From an uncultured Gemmatimonadales bacterium (GTDB lineage: Bacteria; Gemmatimonadota; Gemmatimonadetes; Gemmatimonadales; GWC2-71-9), in NCBI GenBank assembly GCA_963825055.1, contig CAWGSK010000013.1, positions 192,001 through 256,000 of the forward strand: a stretch of 64,000 nucleotides of DNA. The letters run 5' to 3'. The position numbers were made by a program, and so were the translations under genes. Shown in pieces: positions 10,306-20,613 of the stretch (the stretch's first letter is position 1; each line of letters begins with the position of its first letter). Below the pieces are notes generated by a model that had not been told where the DNA came from, did no database searches, and saw only the letters and a list, made by a program, of their open reading frames with translations.

Positions 10306-12009
10306 TCAGAAGAAGACGGGTTCACGATAGGTCCCGTAAACCGCTTCGAGCACGTGCCGGATCTCGAACAGGGTGCAGTAGGCCCGCGCGCAGTCAAGCA
10401 TCGCGGGCATCACGTTCCGGTCCTCCATGGCGGCTGCGCGGAGCGCCTCCAGCCGTTCCTCGACCAGGGCCTGGTCCCGCGTAGCGCGCATCGCGCCCAT
10501 GCGCTCCCGCTGGGAGCGCTCCGCCTCGTCGCCGATCTTCAGGATGTCCAGCGCGCGCTCGTCGGTCTCGACGAACTCGTTCAGCCCGACGATCACCCGG
10601 CGCCCCGCCTCGGCCTCCTGCTGGAAACGCGAGGCGCTGCGCGCAATCTCCCGCTGGAACCAGCCCGCGTCGATGGCGGCCACCACCCCGCCCTGCGCGT
10701 CGATCTCGGTGAACAGCGCCTCGGCCTCCTCCTCCAGACGACTGGTCAGCGCTTCCACGTAATAGCTGCCGCCGAGCGGATCGGCGACGTTGGGCACGCC
10801 TGTCTCGTACGCCAGGATCTGCTGGGTGCGGAGCGCCACGCGCACCGCCTCCTCGGTCGGGAGCGCGAGCGTCTCGTCCAGCGCGTTGGTGTGGAGCGAC
10901 TGCGTGCCGCCCAGGACGGCGGCCATCGCCTGGTAGGCCACCCGGACGATGTTGTTGAGCGGCTGCTGCGCGGTCAGCGTGACACCCGCCGTCTGGGAGT
11001 GGAACCGCATCGTCCAGCTCCGCGGGCTCGTGGCGCCGTAACGCTCCCGGAGGTGCCGGGCCCAGATCCGGCGCGCCGCCCGCATCTTGGCGATTTCCTC
11101 GAAGAAATCGTTGTGCACGTCCCAGAAGAACGACAGCCGCGGCGCGAACGCGTCCACGTCCAGGCCACGCGCCACGCCGTGCTCGACATAGCAGAACCCG
11201 TTGGCGAGCGTGAAGGCGAGTTCCTGCGCCGCCGTCGCCCCGGCCTCCCGGATGTGGTATCCGGAAATCGAGATGGTGTTCCAGTGGGGCGTGTGCTCGC
11301 TGGCCCACTCGAACATGTCCACGATCACCTTGAGCGCCGGCTCCGCCGGGAAGATCCAGGCGTGCTGCGCCATGTACTCCTTCAGGATGTCGTTCTGGAC
11401 CGTGCCCTGCAACCGGTCGATCGGCACGCCCTGCTTCTCTGCCGCGGCCACGTAGAAGCAGAAAAGGATCGGCGCGGGGCCGTTGATCGTCATGGAGGTG
11501 GACACCTCGCCGAGCGGGATGCCGTCGAACAGGGTCTCCATGTCCGCCAGGCTGGAGATGGCGACACCGCACTTCCCCACTTCCCCTTCGGAGCGCGGGT
11601 GGTCGGCGTCATAGCCCATGAGGGTCGGGAAGTCGAACGCGACGGACAGGCCGGTCTGGCCGCGGGAGAGCAGGAACTTGTAGCGCTGGTTGGTGTCTGC
11701 CGCCGTGCCAAACCCGGCGAACTGCCGCATGGTCCAGAGCCGGCCGCGATACATCGACGGGTGGATGCCCCGGGTATAGGGATACTGCCCCGGCATGCTG
11801 GAGGCCTCGACCAGGTCCGATGGCAGGTCGAGCGGCGTGTACACCGGCTCGACCTTCCGTCCCGAGACACTGGTGAAGTCGGTATCGCGCCGGAGCTTCT
11901 GCCCCGCGAATGCCGCCTCGTACTCGGCGACCTGCGCCCGCAGCCGTTCCAGCTCACGCTCCTGGGCCGCCAGCCTCGCGCCCAGCGCCGCCTTCCGGGT
12001 ATCCGTCAT
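10306..12009 (-). CDS. B12-dependent acyl-CoA mutase large subunit (isobutyryl-CoA-mutase-type residues)
   Basis: [34 protein letters not shown] and GGTQSLHTN motifs; no C-terminal B12 domain. Confidence 0.92.
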   Translation of the reverse strand: MTDTRKAALGARLAAQERELERLRAQVAEYEAAFAGQKLRRDTDFTSVSGRKVEPVYTPLDLPSDLVEASSMPGQYPYTRGIHPSMYRGRLWTMRQFAGFGTAADTNQRYKFLLSRGQTGLSVAFDFPTLMGYDADHPRSEGEVGKCGVAISSLADMETLFDGIPLGEVSTSMTINGPAPILFCFYVAAAEKQGVPIDRLQGTVQNDILKEYMAQHAWIFPAEPALKVIVDMFEWASEHTPHWNTISISGYHIREAGATAAQELAFTLANGFCYVEHGVARGLDVDAFAPRLSFFWDVHNDFFEEIAKMRAARRIWARHLRERYGATSPRSWTMRFHSQTAGVTLTAQQPLNNIVRVAYQAMAAVLGGTQSLHTNALDETLALPTEEAVRVALRTQQILAYETGVPNVADPLGGSYYVEALTSRLEEEAEALFTEIDAQGGVVAAIDAGWFQREIARSASRFQQEAEAGRRVIVGLNEFVETDERALDILKIGDEAERSQRERMGAMRATRDQALVEERLEALRAAAMEDRNVMPAMLDCARAYCTLFEIRHVLEAVYGTYREPVFF

Positions 12010-13043
12010 ATCCGCGCACCCTGTTTCAGGTTCTCGAGCAGTTCCGCCGCCACGTCATACGGGCTCGTCCGGCCCTCGACGATCGCGTCCATCCTGGCCT
12101 CGACCACCTCTTCCGCCCGGCTCTCGTTCCAGATCCACTGGCGGACGGCCCGGTCCACCACCTCACGGGTCCGCTGGCGGAGCCGGGCCCGCCGCCGCGT
12201 GGCGAGCTCGCCGGACCGCTCGAGCCATGCGTGATGGGCGTCGAGCGCCTCCACCAGTTCCATAACTCCGGTGCCCTTCACGGCGATGGTGCCGAGCACC
12301 GGGGGCGTCCAGGCTGCGTCGCCGTGCTCCTCGGCGTCCTGCCGCGCGGCGGCGGTCTTGAGCGCCCCGTGATGGGCGGGCACGTGCCGCATCGTCCGGC
12401 CGGCCCGGATCCCGAGCATGACCGACAGCTCCTGGCGCAGGCGGTCCGCCCCCGGGCGGTCCGCCTTGTTCACCACGAAGAGGTCCGCCGCCTCGATCAC
12501 CCCCGCCTTCAGCACCTGAATCCCATCCCCCGACTCGGGCACCAGGATCAGGAGCGTGCTGTCGGTGGTCCGGGCAATCTCCAGCTCGCTCTGCCCCACC
12601 CCGACGGTCTCGACCAGGATCCGGTCGAACCCGGCGGCGTCCAGCACGTCGCAGACCTCGCGGGTGGTGGTCGCCAGCCCACCCAGCGACCCGCGGGTCG
12701 CCATGGAGCGGATGTAGACCCCCGGGTCCAGAGCCACGTCTTCCATCCGGATCCGGTCGCCCAGGAGCGCCCCGCCGGTGAACGGACTGGTCGGGTCGAC
12801 CGCCACCACCGCCACCGTCAGGTCCTGGGCCCGGAAGGCCCGGACGAGTTGCTCGGTGAGGGTGGACTTTCCGGCCCCCGGCGGGCCGGTGAGGCCGATC
12901 CGGCGGGCGCGCCCCTGCAGGGGGTGGATGGCCGACAGCACCTCCTCGAACCCGGGGCGGCCGTTCTCCACCATGGAAATGGTCCGGGCGATGGCCGGGG
13001 CACGGCGCGCCCGCAGGTCCGCGAGAAGACCTTCCAGATTCAT
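12006..13043 (-). CDS. meaB: MeaB/ArgK GTPase chaperone of B12 mutases
   Basis: [36 protein letters not shown] and NKAD motifs. Confidence 0.93.
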   Translation of the reverse strand: MNLEGLLADLRARRAPAIARTISMVENGRPGFEEVLSAIHPLQGRARRIGLTGPPGAGKSTLTEQLVRAFRAQDLTVAVVAVDPTSPFTGGALLGDRIRMEDVALDPGVYIRSMATRGSLGGLATTTREVCDVLDAAGFDRILVETVGVGQSELEIARTTDSTLLILVPESGDGIQVLKAGVIEAADLFVVNKADRPGADRLRQELSVMLGIRAGRTMRHVPAHHGALKTAAARQDAEEHGDAAWTPPVLGTIAVKGTGVMELVEALDAHHAWLERSGELATRRRARLRQRTREVVDRAVRQWIWNESRAEEVVEARMDAIVEGRTSPYDVAAELLENLKQGARI

Positions 13044-13101
13044 GCTGGAAACTCGCAGGGCTCAACGAGATAGGCAATGGCGCGTGGGGTCCGGCGCCGG
13101 G

Positions 13102-14739
13102 TCAGCGTTGCCGGAGCCGCGGATGGAAGCGGAGGGGATTCTGGAACAGGTGGCTCGGCAGCACGAAGATGACGAGAAACATGCCGAAGGAGACCAGCAG
13201 GCCCACGACCAGGATCTCCACCCGTCGGACCGCCAGGAAGATGATGCTCGTGATGAGCGCGATGGTGAACGCGAACACGGCGAGCAGGCCGCGCCGGACC
13301 TGCTGGGCCAGGAACCGCTGAAGTTCCAGCGTGTCCCGCGGGTGCCAGCGCACCCGCAACTCCTCCCGCTCCACCCGGCGGAGGAGGTCCCGAAGGGTGC
13401 GCACGACCGTCGCCGCCTCCTGGGTCCAGTCCAGCAGGTGGGTGCGGCCGTCGCTCTCCAGCAGGCCGGCCAGCAGCCGGGTACGCTGGCGCTCGATCAC
13501 GGGGCGGATGACGGCGATGCCGTTGAAGTTGGGGTCATACCGGAGGCCGATGCCCTCCACCAGCACCGCCGCCCTCCCGAAGTAGACCAGGTCGCTCGGC
13601 AGCATCAGCGGCCAGTCGTAGAATGTGGTGAGGACCCGTTCCACGATGCGCTGGAGCTGGCGCGGGGAGAGGTCGGTCCGGAACGAGATGGCCATCAGTT
13701 CCCGGGCGGCGTCCCGCACGGTGCCGCGGTCCACGTCGGGATCGAGGATGCCGAGTTCGTAGAAGCCGTTGATGACGCCGTCGACATCCCCCCGCCCCGC
13801 GGCCAGGACGGTCCCGATGATCCGGCGGCGGGTGTCCTTCTCCACGCTCAGCACCATGCCGAAATCCAGCAGGACCACCCTGCCCTCCCGGTCCACCAGG
13901 AGGTTGCCCGGGTGCGGGTCGGCATGGAAGATCCCGTCGACCAGCATCATCTGGAGATAGAGCTCCACGATCGTGCGGATGAGCGGCTGCAACTGCAGCT
14001 CGCCAGCGGCCAGGCGGTCCTGCAGCCGGTCGATCCGGGTGCCCTCGACGTACTCCAGCACCAGGACCCGCTGGTGGGTGAGCGACGTGATCACCTCGGG
14101 GATGACCACCCGCGGCTCGGACGCGAAATTCCGTCGCAGCAGTTCCGCGTACCGCGCCTCCTCGCGGAAATCCATCTCCTCCCAGATCCGCCGCTGGAAC
14201 TCCTGCACGATGGTCGTGATCGCGCGGACGTGGTGATTGGGAAAAAGCACGTTCAGGATGAAGAGAATCCGGAAGGCGACCTCCAGGTCGCCCCGCACCA
14301 GGTCCTCCACCCCCGGCCGGAGGATCTTCACCACGACGTCCCGACCCTCCCAGGTCGCGCGGTGCACCTGCCCCAGTGAGGCGGCGGCGAGCGGTTCCGC
14401 CTCGAAGTGGGAGAAGACCTCCTCCACGGTCTGGCCGAACTCCTCCCGCACCACGCGCTGCGCCACGCCCGGTTCGAGCGGCGGAACCCGGTCGGCCAGG
14501 GTGGAGACGGCCGTCAGGTACGGCTCGGGCAGGATGTCTGCCCGGGACCCGAACACCTGGGCCAGCTTGATGTAGGTCGGCCCGAGCCCGGCCAGGGTCC
14601 GGGTCAGGCGCTCGGCCCGTTGAAGATGGTGCTCCGCCGTGCGCCGCGCGGGCCGGCCGAACAGCACGAACCGGTGCCGGTCGCGCATGAAGGCCAGCAG
14701 GAACGGTGACAGGCGGAGCAGGACGACGAGAGCGCGCAT
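13102..14739 (-). CDS. ABC1/UbiB/AarF family kinase
   Basis: LGPTYIKLAQ, AAASLGQVH, VVKILRP, HADPHPGN, LDFGM; two C-terminal TM helices; ATG overlaps the mgtE stop. Confidence 0.9.
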   Translation of the reverse strand: MRALVVLLRLSPFLLAFMRDRHRFVLFGRPARRTAEHHLQRAERLTRTLAGLGPTYIKLAQVFGSRADILPEPYLTAVSTLADRVPPLEPGVAQRVVREEFGQTVEEVFSHFEAEPLAAASLGQVHRATWEGRDVVVKILRPGVEDLVRGDLEVAFRILFILNVLFPNHHVRAITTIVQEFQRRIWEEMDFREEARYAELLRRNFASEPRVVIPEVITSLTHQRVLVLEYVEGTRIDRLQDRLAAGELQLQPLIRTIVELYLQMMLVDGIFHADPHPGNLLVDREGRVVLLDFGMVLSVEKDTRRRIIGTVLAAGRGDVDGVINGFYELGILDPDVDRGTVRDAARELMAISFRTDLSPRQLQRIVERVLTTFYDWPLMLPSDLVYFGRAAVLVEGIGLRYDPNFNGIAVIRPVIERQRTRLLAGLLESDGRTHLLDWTQEAATVVRTLRDLLRRVEREELRVRWHPRDTLELQRFLAQQVRRGLLAVFAFTIALITSIIFLAVRRVEILVVGLLVSFGMFLVIFVLPSHLFQNPLRFHPRLRQR

Positions 14740-16076
14740 CAGAGGATCAGGCGATCGGCGAGCTGGAGCAGCAGCAGGAAGCCGCACACATCGGTGAAGG
14801 TGGTCACGAAGATCGAGGAGGCGACGGCGGGGTCGATATTGAGCCGGTCGAGCAGGATGGGAATGAATGCCCCGGCGAACCCGGCCACGAAGAGGTTCCC
14901 CACCATGGCCATGAACACCACCAGCCCGAGCATCGCGGTGTAGCCCAGCGCGCTCGAGGCCACGGCCACGACCGTTCCGATGGCCAGGCCGTTCACCAGC
15001 CCCACCACCATCTCCTTTCCAATCACCTGGAGCGACCGGCCGCGGGGTACCAGGCCGAGGGCGAGCCGGCGCACGGTCACCGCGAGCGCCTGGGTGCCGG
15101 CGTTCCCGCCCATGCCGGCGATGATCGGCATGATGGCGGCCAGCACGGTCATCCGGATGAGCGTATCCTGGAACAGCAGCACCACGCCACCGGCCAGGAA
15201 GGCCGTGATGAGGTTGACCAGCAACCAGGGGAGCCGGCTCCGCACCGCCTCATGCCAGCCGGCGGCGATGTCCTCGTCGGCCGAGCCGCCGGAGAACTTG
15301 AGCAGGTCCTCGGTGGTCTCCGCCTCGACGACGTCGGCCACGTCGTCGAAGGTGACCCGGCCGAGCAGGCGTCCGCTGGCATCCACGACGGGCACGCTCG
15401 GCAGGTTGTAGCGCGCCATGAGCCGCGCGACATCCTCCTGGTCCAGGTCCGGGGTGACGCGAATGTCCGCGCTCTCCATGAAATGGCCGACCGCGCGGCT
15501 CAGCGGGCTGATCACCAGGTCCTTCAGCGGCAGCAGGCCCACCAGCCGCCCGGCCCCGTCCACAACGAAGACCTGGTAGAAATCTTCCACATCCTCGGTC
15601 TGGTTACGGATCTGCTCGAGCGCTTCCCCCGCCGTCGCCGTCTCGGGCACGACCACAAGCCGGCTGGTCATCAGGCCGCCGGCTGTTTCCTCGTCGTAGC
15701 GGAGCAGGCGCTCGACCTCGCTCCGGTCCTCCACCGCCGTCAGGATCCGCTGCTGCTCCTCGGGCTCGAGCGCGCCGAGGATGTCGGCCGCCTCATCATC
15801 TTCCAGCTCCTCGACGATGTCTGCGGCCACGGCCGGATCGAGCGCGGCGAAGGTCTCCTCCGCCCGGGTCTCGTCCGGCATCTCCACCAGGGCAGGCCCT
15901 GAAATCTCCGGCGGCAGCACCCGGACGACCGCGAGGCGCTCGTCATCATCCAGGGACCCGAGCACGTCCGCCAGGTCGGGCGGTTCCAGGTCGTGCGCAC
16001 GGCGCACGAACTCGGTGAAGTTCGCACTGCGCACCAGCTCCCGCATCAGCTCGAGGTTCACCTTGCGGTCGGTCAT
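14739..16076 (-). CDS. mgtE: Magnesium transporter MgtE
   Basis: N-domain, CBS pair, RLPWL, GGNAGTQ and DPAVAS..FVTTFTD motifs. Confidence 0.95.
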   Translation of the reverse strand: MTDRKVNLELMRELVRSANFTEFVRRAHDLEPPDLADVLGSLDDDERLAVVRVLPPEISGPALVEMPDETRAEETFAALDPAVAADIVEELEDDEAADILGALEPEEQQRILTAVEDRSEVERLLRYDEETAGGLMTSRLVVVPETATAGEALEQIRNQTEDVEDFYQVFVVDGAGRLVGLLPLKDLVISPLSRAVGHFMESADIRVTPDLDQEDVARLMARYNLPSVPVVDASGRLLGRVTFDDVADVVEAETTEDLLKFSGGSADEDIAAGWHEAVRSRLPWLLVNLITAFLAGGVVLLFQDTLIRMTVLAAIMPIIAGMGGNAGTQALAVTVRRLALGLVPRGRSLQVIGKEMVVGLVNGLAIGTVVAVASSALGYTAMLGLVVFMAMVGNLFVAGFAGAFIPILLDRLNIDPAVASSIFVTTFTDVCGFLLLLQLADRLIL

Positions 16077-17269
16077 GGTGTTTCCCGGTCCAGAACCGTG
16101 GCGGCGACGGTGGCGGGACGGATCAGGACCCGGTCCACCCGGTTGGGTGATGCCTGCAGGATGTCGAACTCGAGGCCGGCCAGCTGCACCCGCTCTCCCT
16201 GGAGCGGGATACGCCCGAGTCGGCCGGTGAGGACGCCGCCGATGGAGGTGGCGGGGTCATCGGGGAGCTGCACGCCGAACCGGTCCTCGATAGCCGAGAC
16301 GGGGGTGGCCCCATCGGCCTCGAGCATGTCCGGCGACGGAGGCCGGCCGGGAGTCCGGGCTTCGTCATGTTCGTCGTAGATCTCGCCGACCAGTTCCTCC
16401 AGCAGGTCCTCGAAGGTCGCGATCCCCAGCGTGCCCCCGAACTCGTCCAGCACGATGGCGAGGTGGCGGCGTTCGCGCTGCATGTCGAGCAGCAGGTCGC
16501 CGCACTTGCGGCTGGCGGGCGAGAGCGCCACGGGCCGGACGGGCAGCGGGTCGCCCGGCGCGAGCTTGAACAGGTCGAAGGCGTGGAGCATGCCGACGAT
16601 CTCGTCGAGCGTCTCCCGGTACACCGGCAGCCGGCTGTAGCCGCTCTCGGCGAACACGCGGCGGATCTCCTCCACCGGCGCCTGCTCCGCGATGGCGACG
16701 ATGTCGGTGCGTGGCGTCATCACCTCGCGCACCGGGCGGTCACTGAACGTCATCACCCCGGCCACCATGGAGAGCTCCGGGTCGGCCAGGAGCCCGGCGG
16801 CGGCCTCCTCGCGCAGGACCGCCTGCAGGTGCGCCTGGTGGAGCGGCGGTCTCGCCGGCAGGAAGGGCGACATCACGAGCGACCACGGCTTGAGCAGTGG
16901 AATGACCGCGGACACGATCCGCTCGGCGAACGGCAGCGCGAGCCAGCGCGGCACGAGGTATCCGCTGAAGAGCACGAGCGGCATCGCCACGAAGACCAGC
17001 AGGATGAGCAGCCACAGGAACCGGAACCCGGTGAACACCGCCGGCACCGAGACACCCAGCAGGATGACACCAAAGGAGGTGGCCGTGGCCGCGGCCGCGA
17101 GATGATGCTCCAGGACGACCAGCCGCTCGCCGGTGCTGGGCCCCGCGCCGCGCAGGCGCTGCGAGACCGCCCGGGTCAGCTCGCGGCGCCCCACCGTCAC
17201 CAGCGCAGCCGTCGACATGGCGCCGAACGCCGCGGTGCAGAAGCCTGCCAGCAGGGCGACCCAGATCAT
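16073..17269 (-). CDS. CNNM/HlyC-CorC family protein (TM + CBS pair + CorC)
   Basis: VMTPRTDI, SGYSRLPVY and DEFGGTLGIATFEDLLEELVGEI.DEHD motifs. Confidence 0.9.
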   Translation of the reverse strand: MIWVALLAGFCTAAFGAMSTAALVTVGRRELTRAVSQRLRGAGPSTGERLVVLEHHLAAAATATSFGVILLGVSVPAVFTGFRFLWLLILLVFVAMPLVLFSGYLVPRWLALPFAERIVSAVIPLLKPWSLVMSPFLPARPPLHQAHLQAVLREEAAAGLLADPELSMVAGVMTFSDRPVREVMTPRTDIVAIAEQAPVEEIRRVFAESGYSRLPVYRETLDEIVGMLHAFDLFKLAPGDPLPVRPVALSPASRKCGDLLLDMQRERRHLAIVLDEFGGTLGIATFEDLLEELVGEIYDEHDEARTPGRPPSPDMLEADGATPVSAIEDRFGVQLPDDPATSIGGVLTGRLGRIPLQGERVQLAGLEFDILQASPNRVDRVLIRPATVAATVLDRETP

Positions 17270-18501
17270 GGCGACGGCTCCGCGCCGTTCGTTTCCGGGG
17301 CGAGGCGATCCACCCGGACCCGGCGGACCCGCCGCCGCACGACCAGGTCCGCCATGAGGCGGACGCCCTCGAGTACTACCGTCTCACCCGCGCGCGGCAC
17401 GTGGCCGAGCTCCGCCAGGACGAGCCCGCCCACCGTGGCGACGTCCTCCCGGCCGAAGTCCACGTCAAGGAACTCCTCGAGGTCGCTGAGCGCGGTCTTC
17501 CCGAGCACGAGGAGGCGGCCGTCGCCGACATCCCGGATCGGGGCCACCTCGTGGGTGTCGTACTCATCCTGGATCTCTCCCACGATCTGCTCGAGAATAT
17601 CCTCGAGCGTAATGATGCCGGCGGTCCCCCCGAATTCGTCCACCACCACGGCGAGATGCCCCCGTCCCCGCTGGAAGTCGCGGAGCTGGCGATCGAGCGT
17701 CTTCCCCTCAGGCACGAACGCCGCCGGCCGGATCAGTTCCTGCCACGGCCGGTCGCCCGCCGCGCCACCGAGTCGGGCGAGCATGTCCTTGGCGAAGAGC
17801 ACGCCGCTGATGGCATCGGGATGCCCCTCGTACACCAGGAGCCGCGCATGCTCCGACTGCTGCAGGATCCGGCTGACTTCCGTCTCGTCCGCCGCGATGT
17901 CCACGGCAATGACGTCGAGCCGGGGCGTCATCACTTCGTCCACCGTGGTATCGCTCAGGCTGAAGACGCCCAGCAGCATGTCGCGCTCCGCCGGCCCCGT
18001 CTGCGGAAGCCCCGCCCGCGTCAGGCGCTGGAGGGCGCGGCGGTCGGCCTCCGCCACGAGCCGGAGCAGCGGCGCCAGCAGGGTGAGGCTCCGGCCCGCG
18101 CCCGGACGCACCTGCGCCGGCAGGTCCGGACCGAGTGACGCCAGCAGTCTCGGGAGTGCGTCCCCCACGATCCACACCAGGCCGGTGGCGAGGACGATCC
18201 GCGCCAGCGCGGGTCCGGCGGGCCAGTGCCACCAGACGACGGCAAGTCCGGCGGACGCGCCCGCGAGCACCAGCAGCGCAAGGTGCGCGACGTGCAGCGT
18301 CCGGGCCGTCGCCAGGCCCGGGCCCCGTTCCGGCAGCTGGGCGGCCAGCACCTTCGGCAGGCCTGATTCGCCCTCGGCCGCGAGGGCGAGCCAGGCCGCC
18401 CACAGCGTGAAGCAGATGGCCAGCAGCGGAGCCAGGAGTTCGCGCAAGGTGCTGATGATCCCGGCGGGGTCCAGCAGCAGCACGGCGTGGAGTGCGTTCA
18501 T
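17266..18501 (-). CDS. Second CNNM/HlyC-CorC family protein
   Basis: VMTPRLDV and DEFGGTAGIITLEDILEQIVGEIQDEYD motifs; ATG 18501 overlaps the ybeY stop. Confidence 0.88.
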   Translation of the reverse strand: MNALHAVLLLDPAGIISTLRELLAPLLAICFTLWAAWLALAAEGESGLPKVLAAQLPERGPGLATARTLHVAHLALLVLAGASAGLAVVWWHWPAGPALARIVLATGLVWIVGDALPRLLASLGPDLPAQVRPGAGRSLTLLAPLLRLVAEADRRALQRLTRAGLPQTGPAERDMLLGVFSLSDTTVDEVMTPRLDVIAVDIAADETEVSRILQQSEHARLLVYEGHPDAISGVLFAKDMLARLGGAAGDRPWQELIRPAAFVPEGKTLDRQLRDFQRGRGHLAVVVDEFGGTAGIITLEDILEQIVGEIQDEYDTHEVAPIRDVGDGRLLVLGKTALSDLEEFLDVDFGREDVATVGGLVLAELGHVPRAGETVVLEGVRLMADLVVRRRVRRVRVDRLAPETNGAEPSP

Positions 18502-18923
18502 GCCAGCCGCTCCACGTACTGCTCCTGCCGGCGCCACATCGGCGAGTGGGTACGGCCGGCATCCTCCGGATGATCCCAGCCGAGCACGTGCAGTGTCCCG
18601 TGCACGACCAGGCGCGCGATTTCCTCCCGCTCTGCCAGGCCGAGGCGTCGCGCGTTGCGCCGGGCCACCGCGCGGCAGACGTATACGTCCCCCGCCAGTC
18701 CGCCATCAGGGAGCGGAAGCGGAAACGCCAGGACGTCGGTTGGCGCATCGTGCCCCTTGTGGGCTCCGTTCAGGCGACGCATGACGCGCGGCCCGACGAA
18801 CGTGATGGACACCTGCGCGTCGGCCCGCTCGCCGGACAGGACACCCTCCACCAGCCGGCGCACCGTGCGCTCCGGCAGCGGCAGCACGCGGCCGCCGACC
18901 AGCACCTCACTCACGGCCGGCAC
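18498..18923 (-). CDS. ybeY: rRNA maturation endoribonuclease YbeY
   Basis: PTDVLAF and HGTLHVLGWDH (H3xH5xH) motifs; phoH neighbourhood. Confidence 0.93.
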   Translation of the reverse strand: MPAVSEVLVGGRVLPLPERTVRRLVEGVLSGERADAQVSITFVGPRVMRRLNGAHKGHDAPTDVLAFPLPLPDGGLAGDVYVCRAVARRNARRLGLAEREEIARLVVHGTLHVLGWDHPEDAGRTHSPMWRRQEQYVERLA

Positions 18924-20613
18924 CCTGCGTAGGAAAGAGCGCGGCCAGTCCCCCGCTCTTGCCGGGATACTCCATGCGCGAGTGATAGATGCCCGTCATG
19001 TGGCGGACGAACTCTTCCTTTACCTGGTCCAGGTCGCTCAGCGTGAGCGGTGCCTCCTTGAGCTGGCCGAGCTCGACCTTCTGCTGGATCAGGTACTCGA
19101 TGGCGCTGCGGATACGCTCCGGGGTCGGCTCGCCGAGGACGCGGAGCGCAGCCTCCGCGGAGTCGGCGAGCATGGTGACTGCCGTCTCCACCGACCTCGG
19201 CCGGGGACCCGGGTAGCGGTAGTCGTCCATTTCCGCGTCCTGGTACGTGCCGTCCAGCCGGGCGCGGTCCCGGAAGTAGTCGAGGTGCATGGTGCCGTGG
19301 TGCTCCGGGATGAACGCCAGCACTACCGGCGGCAGCCCGGCTTCGCGACCGAGCCGGAGCCCCTCGGTCACGTGGCTGCGGACCAGCCGGGCGGAGTCCT
19401 GCGCGCGCATCTCGTCATGCGGATTGATCCGGCGCACCTGGTTCTCGGCGAAATACTTTGGCCCGACCAGCTTGCCGATATCGTGGTAGTAGCAGCCGAT
19501 CCGCGCGAGGAGCCCGTTGGCCCCGATGGCGTTGCACGCCTGCTCGCAGAGGTTCGCCATGGCGACGCTGTGCGCGTAGGTCCCGGGCGCCTCGGTGGCG
19601 AGCCGGCGGAGGATCGGCCGGCTCGGGTCGGCCAGCTCGAGCAGCGTGATATCGGTCGTGATGCCCGTGACCCACTCGGCCACCGGAATCAGCATCATGG
19701 CGACCGCCGCGCTCAGCACCGTCGCCACCGCGCCCCGCACCATGCTCTCGACCATGAACGCCGGCGGCCAGGCGTACATCAGCCCCAGCGTCACGGCCGC
19801 GAGCGCGTAGGCCGCCGCGATGGCCCCGATGGTGGGATAGATCTGCGTCCGCCGGCGCACGGTCCGGGTCGCCAGGGCCGCCATGACGCCACTCGCCAGC
19901 CCGAAGAAGAGAGCGTGGTTCTCGAGCGCGCCTGCCTGGAGACCGAGGAGCACCGCGAGGGTCGTGGCGGCGATCTGCCCCAGCCGGCCGCTGTAGAGGA
20001 CAGTGACCAGGATGGCGGCGAAGGCGGTGGGCATCAGCTCCGGGCTGTCGGGCACCAGCCGCTCGGCCATGCCGAAGAGCGCGATGACCACCGCGAAGAC
20101 GACCGTGAAGAAGAGCACCTGGCGAAGGCTGGCGTACGCCTCCCAGCGGTACAGCAGGAGGAGGAGCCAGAAGATGCTCAGCAGGATGGCGTTGAACAGG
20201 ACCGGCGCGACCTTTGTCCGCAGGAACGACTCCGCCGGCGGCAACCGCTCGAGCTCCGCGCGAAGCGCCCGGAGCTTCGCCGCTGCCTCGGCAGTCACCG
20301 GCTCATGGGCAGCGACAATCCGGTCCCCGGACGTGATGTCCACCTCGATGGAATCCGTCGCTGCCGCCACCGAATCGTCGGTCACCGGGATGGTCACCGT
20401 GCGCGTGAAGGGGGCCACGATGTCCCGTTCGGCGATGGTACCCTCGGGGGGGACCGGGACCTCCAGCGTATTGCGATGGGGGAAGAACAGGTTCGTGAGC
20501 AGCGCGAGCGCGACGAGACCGCTCCAGCGCAGCACGTGGAAGGCGACCCGCGAGAGGAACGGGCGCCGCGCCAGCGCCCGCGGGCGCGCCGGATGCCACG
20601 GCGCCCACTTCAA
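18907..20613 (-). CDS. 7TM-HDIG phosphohydrolase (PgpH-like cyclic-dinucleotide phosphodiesterase)
   Basis: Multi-TM region; APGTYAHS, YHDIGK, FAENQ, EHHGT, YPGPRP and MLADS motifs; lies between phoH and ybeY. Confidence 0.88.
   Translation of the reverse strand: MKWAPWHPARPRALARRPFLSRVAFHVLRWSGLVALALLTNLFFPHRNTLEVPVPPEGTIAERDIVAPFTRTVTIPVTDDSVAAATDSIEVDITSGDRIVAAHEPVTAEAAAKLRALRAELERLPPAESFLRTKVAPVLFNAILLSIFWLLLLLYRWEAYASLRQVLFFTVVFAVVIALFGMAERLVPDSPELMPTAFAAILVTVLYSGRLGQIAATTLAVLLGLQAGALENHALFFGLASGVMAALATRTVRRRTQIYPTIGAIAAAYALAAVTLGLMYAWPPAFMVESMVRGAVATVLSAAVAMMLIPVAEWVTGITTDITLLELADPSRPILRRLATEAPGTYAHSVAMANLCEQACNAIGANGLLARIGCYYHDIGKLVGPKYFAENQVRRINPHDEMRAQDSARLVRSHVTEGLRLGREAGLPPVVLAFIPEHHGTMHLDYFRDRARLDGTYQDAEMDDYRYPGPRPRSVETAVTMLADSAEAALRVLGEPTPERIRSAIEYLIQQKVELGQLKEAPLTLSDLDQVKEEFVRHMTGIYHSRMEYPGKSGGLAALFPTQGAGRE

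Noticed and set aside
13044..13101. Cobalamin riboswitch upstream of meaB/mutase
   Set aside because: The intergenic gap is only 58 nt and has no B12-box.
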